Of a stretch of DNA of 64,000 nucleotides, positions 48,418 through 57,168 are shown piece by piece. Made by a program: the position numbers and the translations under genes. The notes under the pieces were generated by a model. The model was not told where the DNA came from. It saw only the letters and a program-made list of their open reading frames with translations, and ran no database searches. The stretch covers positions 116,957 to 180,956 of the forward strand of contig CAZUQJ010000001.1 of the NCBI GenBank assembly GCA_964622505.1, read 5' to 3'. The DNA comes from an uncultured Candidatus Saccharibacteria bacterium. Its GTDB lineage: Bacteria; Patescibacteriota; Minisyncoccia; Phycocordibacterales; UBA9973. Position 1 is the first letter of the stretch. Each line of letters opens with the position of its first letter.

Positions 48418-49212
48418 TCAAAGATCAATTTCTACACCAAAATAAACTTCATGTGGTGATTTTGTTAGAGCGGTATTGTTTTCCCACTCAAGTCCAACTG
48501 AAACAGTTGGATGACCTTTTTTAATAGTTTTAGGCACAAACTTAAACCAAGCACTTGCTTGGAGGACTCGTTGATAACTTGGAAGTAGTATTCTACCCAT
48601 ACCAGTTGAAGCAAGTTCAACGTGATGTTTTTTAGAATGCCATAATGGTAATCCATGAGTAGAATATTCATAGCCAACAACATAATGATTAAGATACTGA
48701 AACCCTTTATGATTTTTAGAATCCCCTAAGGTATCTATATGATCTTCAAGATTGTATCCCCTGCTGATTACAGAAAATCTTTCAAATACTGGCTTGTCTT
48801 TAATTTTACAGAAATCATACAGTGTTGTTTGTGGGCCAAAAGCAACGTACTCTTGCCCACTTAAACTACCAATTTCTAAGCCAAATTGGAAATGTTTCCA
48901 TCCCGTAAAAACCTCTGAGTAAGTTAAAAGATCTTCCATGTTGTGTTCCTTCCAGTGGGTGTTGCCATCATAGTAAAAGTGAACACCGTAGATCCCTCTA
49001 TGGAGGAAACTATTGTGATAATTTACAATTGTTTCGATTTTCACCGTTTTGTTGTTAAACGATGGAAAAAGTGGCAGAGGATAGAATTCAAATTTAACTT
49101 CCAAAGGACGTTCTTTTAAACATTCTTTTTCTTTTGTTGAATCTGTTTGTGCATAAATTGTCAAAGTGCTAATTAAAAGCACTACCATAGTTAAGTAATT
49201 CTTATTTTTCAT
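48418..49212 (-). CDS. Secreted orphan protein, beta-strand-rich
   Basis: Signal peptide ending IYA-QTD; alternating aromatic strands; ends VYFGVEIDL. Confidence 0.6.
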   Translation of the reverse strand: MKNKNYLTMVVLLISTLTIYAQTDSTKEKECLKERPLEVKFEFYPLPLFPSFNNKTVKIETIVNYHNSFLHRGIYGVHFYYDGNTHWKEHNMEDLLTYSEVFTGWKHFQFGLEIGSLSGQEYVAFGPQTTLYDFCKIKDKPVFERFSVISRGYNLEDHIDTLGDSKNHKGFQYLNHYVVGYEYSTHGLPLWHSKKHHVELASTGMGRILLPSYQRVLQASAWFKFVPKTIKKGHPTVSVGLEWENNTALTKSPHEVYFGVEIDL

Positions 49213-49217
49213 TTTTT

Positions 49218-49278
49218 AGTCGTTGAGTTTTAGGAAACCTTATGATTATTTCATCAGATTAGGTAAAACTCAACGACT
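49218..49278 (-). promoter_or_regulatory. Long 5'-UTR stem-loop directly before start codon
   Basis: AGTCGTTGAGTTTTA (49218-49232) and TAAAACTCAACGACT (49264-49278), perfect 15-bp stem. Confidence 0.6.
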
Positions 49279-49368
49279 CTTTACAGCACGCTTTTATTTG
49301 TGGTTATTATAGCACATATAAATAAAAAATCAAGCTTTTTTAGCTTGATTTTTATGTGAGGGTATTGT

Positions 49369-49686
49369 CTATTTAATTGCTGAGATCTTTACTTCTACGA
49401 ATGGTTGGCGGTGGCCATTTTGCTTCAAATATCGGCTTTTTTGCTTGAATTTAACCACTTTGATTGTCTTGCCCTTGCCTGCTTTCTGAAATAGGGCTTC
49501 TACCTTTGCATTTACGATATATGGAGCACCAATAGTAGTGTCCTTGCCATTGTCTACTAATAGGACTTTGTCAAAAAGGATCTTGTCGCCTGCAGTAAAG
49601 TCCCCTGCTAGCTTTTCTACTTTTAAAACGTCGCCAACTGCGACTTTGTATTGCTTTCCACCTGTTTCTATTACTGCGAATTCCAT
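49369..49686 (-). CDS. rplU: 50S ribosomal protein L21
   Basis: FAVIETGGKQYKV, GHRQPF. Confidence 0.96.
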   Translation of the reverse strand: MEFAVIETGGKQYKVAVGDVLKVEKLAGDFTAGDKILFDKVLLVDNGKDTTIGAPYIVNAKVEALFQKAGKGKTIKVVKFKQKSRYLKQNGHRQPFVEVKISAIK

Positions 49687-49745
49687 AAGGGTTATAATAC
49701 ACAAAAATTTGAAAAAAAGCAAGACCCACTGTATACTGGGTACAT

Positions 49746-50267
49746 ATGATATCCAAGTACAAATATAAGGGTCTTTTGTGGATCGACTTGCAGTCCCCTC
49801 GCCGTGAAGAGATCCAGAGTATTCTCGAAGAGTTCAATCTACCCGAAGATCTGGAACAGAAAATATACACAGAAAGCCCTGAACCAAGTACCGATATTGA
49901 TCCACACTTTACCTACTCTGTACTATATTTTCCAAGCATACTTTCTTCACAAGATTGTATAATCCAACAAGAAATAGATTTTATAATTGGTAAAAATTTC
50001 TTGATTACTGTGCACTATGAACCTATTAATGTCCTCGACAATTTTGCCAAGAAATTTGAAGCCGAAGAATTGCTCGGTGCAAATATCAAGCTCGAAAATT
50101 CTGCATCATTATTTTATTATCTTATTCAAACACTAAATGATGATACAAAAGCAACATTGGCAAGTCTGAGCTTCAAAAAAGGTAGCAACAGTAGCATCCT
50201 CGTACCTATTTTGTGTATAATCATCGTAATACTTGCGGTTTTTGGCATAATTCAGTATTTAAAATAA
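49746..50267 (+). CDS. CorA-like N-terminal domain protein, shortened
   Basis: WIDL.SP..EE, QEIDFIIGKNFLITVHY; no GMN motif; one C-terminal TM. Confidence 0.65.
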   Translation: MISKYKYKGLLWIDLQSPRREEIQSILEEFNLPEDLEQKIYTESPEPSTDIDPHFTYSVLYFPSILSSQDCIIQQEIDFIIGKNFLITVHYEPINVLDNFAKKFEAEELLGANIKLENSASLFYYLIQTLNDDTKATLASLSFKKGSNSSILVPILCIIIVILAVFGIIQYLK

Positions 50268-50268
50268 T

Positions 50269-51627
50269 ATGGCACTCAAATTACACAACACATTTACAAA
50301 AAAGCTCGAAGAATTTGTTCCACTGAATAAAGATTTTGTCAGCCTATACACTTGTGGGCCTACTGTCTACGACTACCCTCACATAGGCAACTATCGAGCA
50401 TACATTTTCGGTGACACACTCAAGCGGTATCTCTCGTATTGTGGCTACCAAGTCAACCACGTGATGAATATTACGGACATAGATGACAAGACAATCCGTA
50501 ATTCTCAAAAAGTGGGTCAGGGTTTGCAAGAATTTACAGAATTCTATACCGACGAATTCTACAAAGACCGCGACATGCTCAATATAATTCCTGCCGATTC
50601 TTACCCAAAAGCGACTGGTTACATAGAAGAAATGGTCAAAATTATTGAGGTTTTGATTGAGAAAAAACATGCATATGTTTCCACAGATGGATCGGTTTAT
50701 TTCGATATTGCGAGCTTCCCAGCTTATGGCAAGCTCGCACACATTGACCTATCTGAACTGCGAGATAATGCAAAAGGTCGTATGAAGAGCGATGAATATG
50801 AAAAGGATTCTGTCCAAGATTTTGCATTATGGAAAGCGTATGACGAAACTGATGGTGATGTCTTTTGGGAGACGACTCTAGGCAAGGGTCGCCCTGGCTG
50901 GCATATAGAATGTAGTGCAATGTGTATCAAAAATCTTGGCGAGCAGATAGACATCCATACGGGCGGAGTCGACAACATATTTCCCCATCATGAGAACGAG
51001 ATCGCTCAATCAGAATGTTGTACCGGTAAGCAATTTGTAAAATACTGGATGCACAATGAGTGGCTACTAGTAGATGGCAAAAAGATGTCCAAGTCGCTTG
51101 GCAATTTCTATACCCTCCGTGACCTTATCGAAAAAGGCATCAATCCCCTTGGCTACCGGCTATGGCTTATGACCTCGCATTATCGTACATTGACCAATCT
51201 AAACATGGAAGCCCTACAAGGTGCAGAAACTGCCCTCAAGCGCCTCTACGAGGCATTTAAAGCTCTTGGGGAGGATACAAATGGCTCTGTGAATAGTGAT
51301 TACAAGGCTCGATTTATGGCATATGTAGACAACGATTTAGATACTCCACAAGGTCTTGCCTTGTTGTGGGAATTGGTAAAAGATCAGAATATTTCCCATG
51401 CCGACAAGCGCGCAACGATGCTCGATTTCGATCAAATATTTGGCTTTGGGTTGGTAGATATAAAAAATGAAGAAGTTCCGACAAATGTGCTCAATCTTGT
51501 AGCCGAGCGCGAAGAAGCAAGGAAAAATAAAGATTGGGCTGACAGCGATATATTGAGAGCCAAGATAAATACACTAAACTACGAAGTCAAAGATACATCC
51601 GACGGTCCAAAAATCAGTAAGATGTAG
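50269..51627 (+). CDS. cysS: Cysteine--tRNA ligase
   Basis: CGPTVYD..HIGN, DFALWK, GRPGWHIECS, FPHHENE, KMSKS. Confidence 0.97.
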   Translation: MALKLHNTFTKKLEEFVPLNKDFVSLYTCGPTVYDYPHIGNYRAYIFGDTLKRYLSYCGYQVNHVMNITDIDDKTIRNSQKVGQGLQEFTEFYTDEFYKDRDMLNIIPADSYPKATGYIEEMVKIIEVLIEKKHAYVSTDGSVYFDIASFPAYGKLAHIDLSELRDNAKGRMKSDEYEKDSVQDFALWKAYDETDGDVFWETTLGKGRPGWHIECSAMCIKNLGEQIDIHTGGVDNIFPHHENEIAQSECCTGKQFVKYWMHNEWLLVDGKKMSKSLGNFYTLRDLIEKGINPLGYRLWLMTSHYRTLTNLNMEALQGAETALKRLYEAFKALGEDTNGSVNSDYKARFMAYVDNDLDTPQGLALLWELVKDQNISHADKRATMLDFDQIFGFGLVDIKNEEVPTNVLNLVAEREEARKNKDWADSDILRAKINTLNYEVKDTSDGPKISKM

Positions 51628-51678
51628 TATTTGACAATCTCTTGTTTCAGGGATAGGATAAAAGAAAAATTGAATATT

Positions 51679-51972
51679 ATGAAAGAGAAAAAATTTTTTC
51701 GCATCCCTCAGTCTGTCTTGTTCTGTATTGTCTTTCTTGAGTTTTGGTATGTAATAATACCAAATACACTACTCTTAAAGAAGTTTTCAAGCACTTGCTG
51801 GGTCCCTTCATTAATCAGCTGGAATAAGTTCTACGAAAAAAACGAGCTATTATTTGCCTCATGGCTTATTGTTGGCATTGTTTTATTCATCCTTCTAATC
51901 ATGTTATTTGTTTATTTATCTAAACAGTATCAAAAAAATCTGATCAAAGATCAAAGATACCATTGGTTGTAA
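51679..51972 (+). CDS. Small orphan membrane protein
   Basis: Two TM helices; own TTGACA promoter and downstream hairpin. Confidence 0.55.
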   Translation: MKEKKFFRIPQSVLFCIVFLEFWYVIIPNTLLLKKFSSTCWVPSLISWNKFYEKNELLFASWLIVGIVLFILLIMLFVYLSKQYQKNLIKDQRYHWL

Positions 51973-52052
51973 ATCCAAAAAATATAAAAGCCCTAGACTT
52001 ACCAGTCTGGGGCCTTTATTATATTAGTGCAAGAACTGTTTTTGCGCCAATA

Positions 52053-53705
52053 CTATTTCACTGCTTCGAGCTCCATGTAGAATGTCGATCCAAGACCAAC
52101 ACCTTCGGAATCCACTCCCACATCGCCTCCATGAGCTTTGGCAATTTCTTTTGCAAGATAGAGTCCAAGTCCTGAGCCTGTCGTGTTCATCCGGGCACCA
52201 TCTCCACGAGCAAATTTATGGAACAATGTGTCTTTAATCTCTTGTGTCATCCCCATACCAGTATCTTTTACAGCAAAGCGTATTTTGTTATCCATTCTAG
52301 ATACTGATATGTGGATCTCCCCTGTCTTTGTGTATTTAATAGAGTTGTCGATAAAGTTGAGCACAACTTGGCGGAGCTTTTCTTGGTCGCCATTTACTGT
52401 GTACGGACCTGTTTTGTCATCTGAATAATCGATCTTCAAGCCCTTCTTCTCAGCATTTATAGCAATGCCTTTCATCATACTACTTGCCATTTCACCCATA
52501 TCAAAATTTACTTTCTCGTATTTCATACCGCCCGATTCAATTTTTGATACGTTTAGGAAATCTTCAATAGTAACAGCCAGATGAGTACTTGACTGCATAA
52601 TAATATCTACTGCCTCTTTTGCTTTTGGCCCCAATTCGCCAAAGCTACCATCAAGCACCATTGAGGCATAACCTTTGATAGCAGTCAGTGGGCTACGGAT
52701 CTGATGCGTCGCAAGTGAAATAAACTCGGTTTTGAGCTTGTCTAATTCCTTCAATTTATCATTAGCAACAAGAAGCTGCTCTGAAAGAATTTCTAATTGC
52801 TCGCGTTGTTTGACCTCTTTCTTTACAGATTTAACTAACTGATATCCAAGTATAATTACAAAACTAAGAGTAAAGAATATTATAAGTTTAATATTTTGAA
52901 TTTTTCTTACAAATGACATCGAAAGGACGAGGAAGCCAAGAGCAAATATAAGGACCTGGGCGCTCAGTATCTTTAGATTAAATGTTTTAAATTTTACACT
53001 TATATATGCTAAAAATCCAAAAAATATTGGCATACCTATAAGCCCCGCTTGAGCCAGAGTCCAATTGTCAGTAAAACTTCCTATGGTATTACCCCAAGAA
53101 AAAGCCAAGAGGAATAATATAATCCCAACTCCGAAATATTCAATTTCCTTCTTTCTATTTTGATCGATTGTTCTTCGGTGGTTATAAATTACAATTCCCA
53201 ATATTGTTACAATGCTCACAAATTCAAAAATATATGTATAAAACAAGGAAATTGGACCTTCGAAAGCATTACAGTCAGCAAGATCAACACCAATAAGTGT
53301 CAATTTAGATGATAGAAAGACAATGAATGGTAATAACAATGTCACCATTAACATCTTGCCCTTAAATGCAATATCTTTACCAGTAATAAATAAATATGCA
53401 AAATAAACAGATGCAGTATAAATAAGCGGTTCCAACAAAATTTGTAATGACCAGTAAAACATGACCATTTCTGGCCTATTTGTAGCCCAAAGAATCAGAT
53501 CAATAGTAGTCCATACTGAGAAAAGTAGTGTAATAATAAACAGAAATATGTTTGCAGGAGATTTGTTACCCTTGTAGAGTATGATTATTCCAAGTAAAAG
53601 TGCAATTAACACTGCAGGCAAATGCGAATAAAAGAATAGTGTAGGTATATTACTTGAAAAAATCAAATATTGTGCTTGTTCCCATGGGCAGAGTAAAGTA
53701 TTCAT
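52053..53705 (-). CDS. Membrane sensor histidine kinase (multi-TM N-terminus)
   Basis: ATHQIRSPL H-box, NFIDNSIKY, DTGMG, GSGLGL. Confidence 0.93.
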   Translation of the reverse strand: MNTLLCPWEQAQYLIFSSNIPTLFFYSHLPAVLIALLLGIIILYKGNKSPANIFLFIITLLFSVWTTIDLILWATNRPEMVMFYWSLQILLEPLIYTASVYFAYLFITGKDIAFKGKMLMVTLLLPFIVFLSSKLTLIGVDLADCNAFEGPISLFYTYIFEFVSIVTILGIVIYNHRRTIDQNRKKEIEYFGVGIILFLLAFSWGNTIGSFTDNWTLAQAGLIGMPIFFGFLAYISVKFKTFNLKILSAQVLIFALGFLVLSMSFVRKIQNIKLIIFFTLSFVIILGYQLVKSVKKEVKQREQLEILSEQLLVANDKLKELDKLKTEFISLATHQIRSPLTAIKGYASMVLDGSFGELGPKAKEAVDIIMQSSTHLAVTIEDFLNVSKIESGGMKYEKVNFDMGEMASSMMKGIAINAEKKGLKIDYSDDKTGPYTVNGDQEKLRQVVLNFIDNSIKYTKTGEIHISVSRMDNKIRFAVKDTGMGMTQEIKDTLFHKFARGDGARMNTTGSGLGLYLAKEIAKAHGGDVGVDSEGVGLGSTFYMELEAVK

Positions 53706-53706
53706 A

Positions 53707-54645
53707 TTAATTAATTGATGATGCGTATAAGAAATAACTTCCAACAATAATGATTATAATAGATAAAACCTTTTGTATCAAATGTTTTAATGAAATTTTT
53801 TCTACACTAATACTTGGTATGACTAAAGTCAAGAAAACACCTATAATAAAAACAAATAATGGCTGGTAGCTACTTACAACCAATACCAAGGCAACTGGTG
53901 CAAGTAAAGTAGCAAAATTGTTGGCTAAGTTACCTAGGATATAAAGCACCTCACTTCCAACATTGATAGATAATGCTTTATAATTTTTTTGCCTGAATAC
54001 ATCGAGGAATTGTTTCCTGTATTCTGAATTTGTGATAAAAATAATTAGACCCAATGTTGATAGACCTGTATATTGCCAAAATGTAGATGTTAAAAAGCTC
54101 CCATCGTTGATTGCCACATATTTAAACAATACATCATGCAAAGCAAAGAAGAATGATGATATAGTTACTAATAATAAAATTTTCTTTTTTAATTTAATAT
54201 GATTATCTATGTCAAAATCAATAGAAAGTATAACAATACCAAGTATTACAAGTAATGATGCAAGTAATTGTTGAGTTGTGAGTATTTCACCAAGTATCGG
54301 TATACTAAGAAAGTACCCAAAAATCGGTATCATTTGCAACAATGGTATTACCACAGATGTTTCCTCGTGATTTAGTGCCTTTAAGTATAAATAGAAGGCA
54401 ACAGCATTCAACATCCCTATGAAGAATAAACAAAAAGCATTCACAAATGAAATATTGAATATATGTGTATGCCAGATGAGAACCAATATTGGCAGTAAGA
54501 TTACAGAAAATAGAGACGAAAATAAAAAAATTGATCCAATTCCCCTACCCTTAAAATGTTTTGTTAACAGAAATTTGTCAGCATGATTAACAATACTTAA
54601 TAATATTGGGGAAATTAGAGATATTAAAAACCAATTATAGTGCAT
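53707..54645 (-). CDS. EamA/DMT family transporter
   Basis: About 10 TM helices in two repeats; KAL..EETS.V.P..Q..P..G...LGE. Confidence 0.85.
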   Translation of the reverse strand: MHYNWFLISLISPILLSIVNHADKFLLTKHFKGRGIGSIFLFSSLFSVILLPILVLIWHTHIFNISFVNAFCLFFIGMLNAVAFYLYLKALNHEETSVVIPLLQMIPIFGYFLSIPILGEILTTQQLLASLLVILGIVILSIDFDIDNHIKLKKKILLLVTISSFFFALHDVLFKYVAINDGSFLTSTFWQYTGLSTLGLIIFITNSEYRKQFLDVFRQKNYKALSINVGSEVLYILGNLANNFATLLAPVALVLVVSSYQPLFVFIIGVFLTLVIPSISVEKISLKHLIQKVLSIIIIIVGSYFLYASSIN

Positions 54646-54648
54646 AAA

Positions 54649-54798
54649 CTATTCTATATTATCTGAATTTTCTAATTCTGTACTCGAATCCGTAATTTCA
54701 AAATTAGCATCAATAAAAGACCTTTTGTATAGTAAATAAATTGAGGCCAGTATTAAACATAAAAAAACCAAGACCAATACTTTTGACTTTTTATCCAT
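54649..54798 (-). CDS. 49-aa single-TM protein heading the EamA-kinase operon (not in ORF track)
   Basis: MDKKSKVLVLVFLCLILASIYLLYKRSFIDANFEI...; TGGTATAAT just upstream. Confidence 0.6.
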   Translation of the reverse strand: MDKKSKVLVLVFLCLILASIYLLYKRSFIDANFEITDSSTELENSDNIE

Positions 54799-54871
54799 AA
54801 AAATATTATACCATAGAAATATTATATATACGATAGCTTTACAACTCTAAACATTTATCCGTACTTAAAAT

Positions 54872-55049
54872 TTGACTTTTGTATAATAATCTTTTATAGT
54901 TTAAATGTATGAGTTATATGTATACAAAAGTGAATACTAGTCCCGTACCAGCAACCGCTATGTGGGTGTTTCATTTTTGTATTCAATAAATTCTCAAATC
55001 TCTCTTGAATATAAACACGAACCGCTCACAAGCGGTTTTTTGTTCTTTA
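54872..55049 (+). promoter_or_regulatory. Candidate leader-peptide attenuator A
   Basis: TTGACT-17-TATAGT; leader ORF 54909-54989 MSYMYTKVNTSPVPATAMWVFHFCIQ; terminator AACCGCT-caca-AGCGGTT-T tract (55020-55041). Confidence 0.55.
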
Positions 55050-55113
55050 GGTAAAAGAAATATGGTAACAGAACTTCCATATCTAAGTTCTTTAAAAATT
55101 AAATAATTAAACA

Positions 55114-55272
55114 ATGAAAAAAATTCAAAAAACCAAACATGTTAATCTTGGTAAAAAAGAGGCTAAAACACCTCCTGAGATCATTTATGCCCAACCCAAC
55201 ACAAGAACCCATCATTATGATGGTGTTGTCGGTTGGATTGAAAAAAGAAATTTAGAGCATGATGTTCCTTAA
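55114..55272 (+). CDS. 52-aa hypothetical protein downstream of attenuator A (not in ORF track)
   Basis: MKKIQKTKHVNLGKKEAKTPPEIIYAQPNTRTHHYDGVVGWIEKRNLEHDVP; closed by hairpin 55291-55321. Confidence 0.5.
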   Translation: MKKIQKTKHVNLGKKEAKTPPEIIYAQPNTRTHHYDGVVGWIEKRNLEHDVP

Positions 55273-55357
55273 ATTTATTAGAATTTTATTTAAAACCCTG
55301 TTTATTACAAACAGGGTTTTATTTGCATTACTTTTATATTTTGCTACTATGGTCTTT

Positions 55358-56269
55358 ATGATAGATTCAATAATTAATACAAAAAAAGTAGAGGATGCCG
55401 ATGTGGTTATACTCTCTGCAAGTTACGAGAAAACTGCTTCTAGTCGTAAAGGTACTGGTACTGGACCAAAAGCTATTATGAAGATGCTCGAAGGCAAGCT
55501 TGAGCTTTTCGACCGCTCGTACAAGAAAAATGTTGCTGAGTATGTAAAGATTATGCACAAAGATGCAGGTAATATTAGCCCTCTTACGCCAAAGAAAGCA
55601 CTGGATAAAATTATTGCCGAATCGACTAAAATTTTAGATAAAAATAAATTTGTTTTCTTGCTTGGTGGCGAGCACTCAGTCTCGCTCGGTCTTCTGACTG
55701 CCCTCTCGAAAAAAGTGAATCCAAAAGATGTTACAGTACTCCAGATCGATGCCCACTGCGATCTACGCAACGATGACTCTGACTATAGTGATGACCCATC
55801 CAACTTGGCTCACTCTTGCGTCCTCCGCCGAGTCAACGAGCTTGGCTACCCGCTTGTGCAAGTTGGTATCCGCACCTATTTCAAAGGTGAATATGAATAT
55901 TTCAGCAATCCTAAAAACAACATTACAGTCTTCGAATGGGGCCAAAATGGTAGGGACTTAGCCCCTACCTGGAAGCCACCGGCTATTGCGGACATAATTA
56001 AAGCGATCAAAACAAAATATGTATACATCACGATCGATGTTGACGGTTTCGATCCGGCTCATATGCCAGGCACTGGTACAGCAGTCCAAGGTGGCCTTGA
56101 ATGGTGGTATGGTGTAGAACTATTGGAAAAAGTTATCAAATCAAAAGAGCTTATAGGTGCCGACATCGTAGAAGTCGCCCCAATGCGCGACTCAATCCTC
56201 ACCGAATACGGCGCCGCCCAACTCCTCTACGGTATGGTTGCCCACAAATTTAGAAACAGATTGAAATAA
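55358..56269 (+). CDS. speB: Agmatinase (ureohydrolase family)
   Basis: LGGEHSVS, DAHCD, DVDGFDP..PGTGT...GG, DIVEVAP; leaderless start after TGCTACTAT. Confidence 0.88.
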   Translation: MIDSIINTKKVEDADVVILSASYEKTASSRKGTGTGPKAIMKMLEGKLELFDRSYKKNVAEYVKIMHKDAGNISPLTPKKALDKIIAESTKILDKNKFVFLLGGEHSVSLGLLTALSKKVNPKDVTVLQIDAHCDLRNDDSDYSDDPSNLAHSCVLRRVNELGYPLVQVGIRTYFKGEYEYFSNPKNNITVFEWGQNGRDLAPTWKPPAIADIIKAIKTKYVYITIDVDGFDPAHMPGTGTAVQGGLEWWYGVELLEKVIKSKELIGADIVEVAPMRDSILTEYGAAQLLYGMVAHKFRNRLK

Positions 56270-56278
56270 ATAAGTAGT

Positions 56279-56307
56279 AAAAAGCCCTGATTAATCTCAG
56301 GGCTTTT
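56279..56307. terminator. Bidirectional terminator
   Basis: AAAAAGCCCTGA-ttaatc-TCAGGGCTTTTT. Confidence 0.75.
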
Positions 56308-56312
56308 TAAAT

Positions 56313-57140
56313 TTAGATTATTTTACCAAGAAGGAATGCTTCGGAATCCTTTTTGCTGCAATCATGAGCAAACACTATTAGGCAATCCTCTGGTGCAAAG
56401 ATACTCTTGTCTCCGTCTACTCCGATCAGAGTATTTTTATAAATAGGCTCAAAATCATAAAATTTCCTTGCAAGAGTAAATTTATCTGTCTCTGACTTAT
56501 GCAGATAATCCATTTTTACATATTCGCGTATATTTTTACGACGAAATGAAATTGAACGATAATTTATATGACCTCTTGATTTAAGAAATACACAGATTGA
56601 TTTCCTCGCAATTTCAACCGACATGTGGTCGTTATGTTGTCCACACTCTATACAAATGCCGATTTTCCCCTTCGATAGCATGTATCCATCCGAAGCGCCC
56701 GGTTCGAGTGCGTCGAAACCATACACAATCCTCTCAAATACACCTGGGAAATTTTCAACAATACTTTGAGCATTGTCTTCACAAATAATAAATGGTTTGC
56801 TCGGGTTGAGAGTAGAATGAATATCCAGTAGTGCATCTCCTTCGTCAAAAATAGCTTTGATTTCCTGAGCTCTTTTGTATTCATATGTTTCCTTGATCTC
56901 ATTTGAATACAATGCTGTGTCAGAGAATAGTCGATTCAAGTTGTACTCGATAAATCTTTTGTTTTCTTGAATAGCTTTGACATTACCTAAAAGAAAGATA
57001 ACTGTACCTGATTGAATAGTAAGATGCGGTATCAATTGCTCGAAAGCATTAATACCACAAATTTCGTTGCCATGATTGCCTGCCATTACAATACTTGTTG
57101 GACCAGGTCTTTTTCCGATTAAAATGATTTTTTCTTTCAT
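56313..57140 (-). CDS. Succinylglutamate desuccinylase/aspartoacylase (M14-like Zn hydrolase)
   Basis: GNHGNE, NLNR.F, LDIHS, IECGQH. Confidence 0.85.
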   Translation of the reverse strand: MKEKIILIGKRPGPTSIVMAGNHGNEICGINAFEQLIPHLTIQSGTVIFLLGNVKAIQENKRFIEYNLNRLFSDTALYSNEIKETYEYKRAQEIKAIFDEGDALLDIHSTLNPSKPFIICEDNAQSIVENFPGVFERIVYGFDALEPGASDGYMLSKGKIGICIECGQHNDHMSVEIARKSICVFLKSRGHINYRSISFRRKNIREYVKMDYLHKSETDKFTLARKFYDFEPIYKNTLIGVDGDKSIFAPEDCLIVFAHDCSKKDSEAFLLGKII

Positions 57141-57168
57141 TTTGTTTGATATTTAATTATTAAAGAAC

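Noticed and set aside
49218-49278. Hammerhead ribozyme (CTGATGA on minus strand)
   Set aside because: No stem II followed by GAAA and no correctly placed cleavage triplet
54905-54940. Tyr-rich uORF MYELYVYKSEY as the leader of attenuator A
   Set aside because: ATG is only 4 nt after the -10 box, probably upstream of the start site, and the ORF ends before the pairing segments; kept only as a minor alternative
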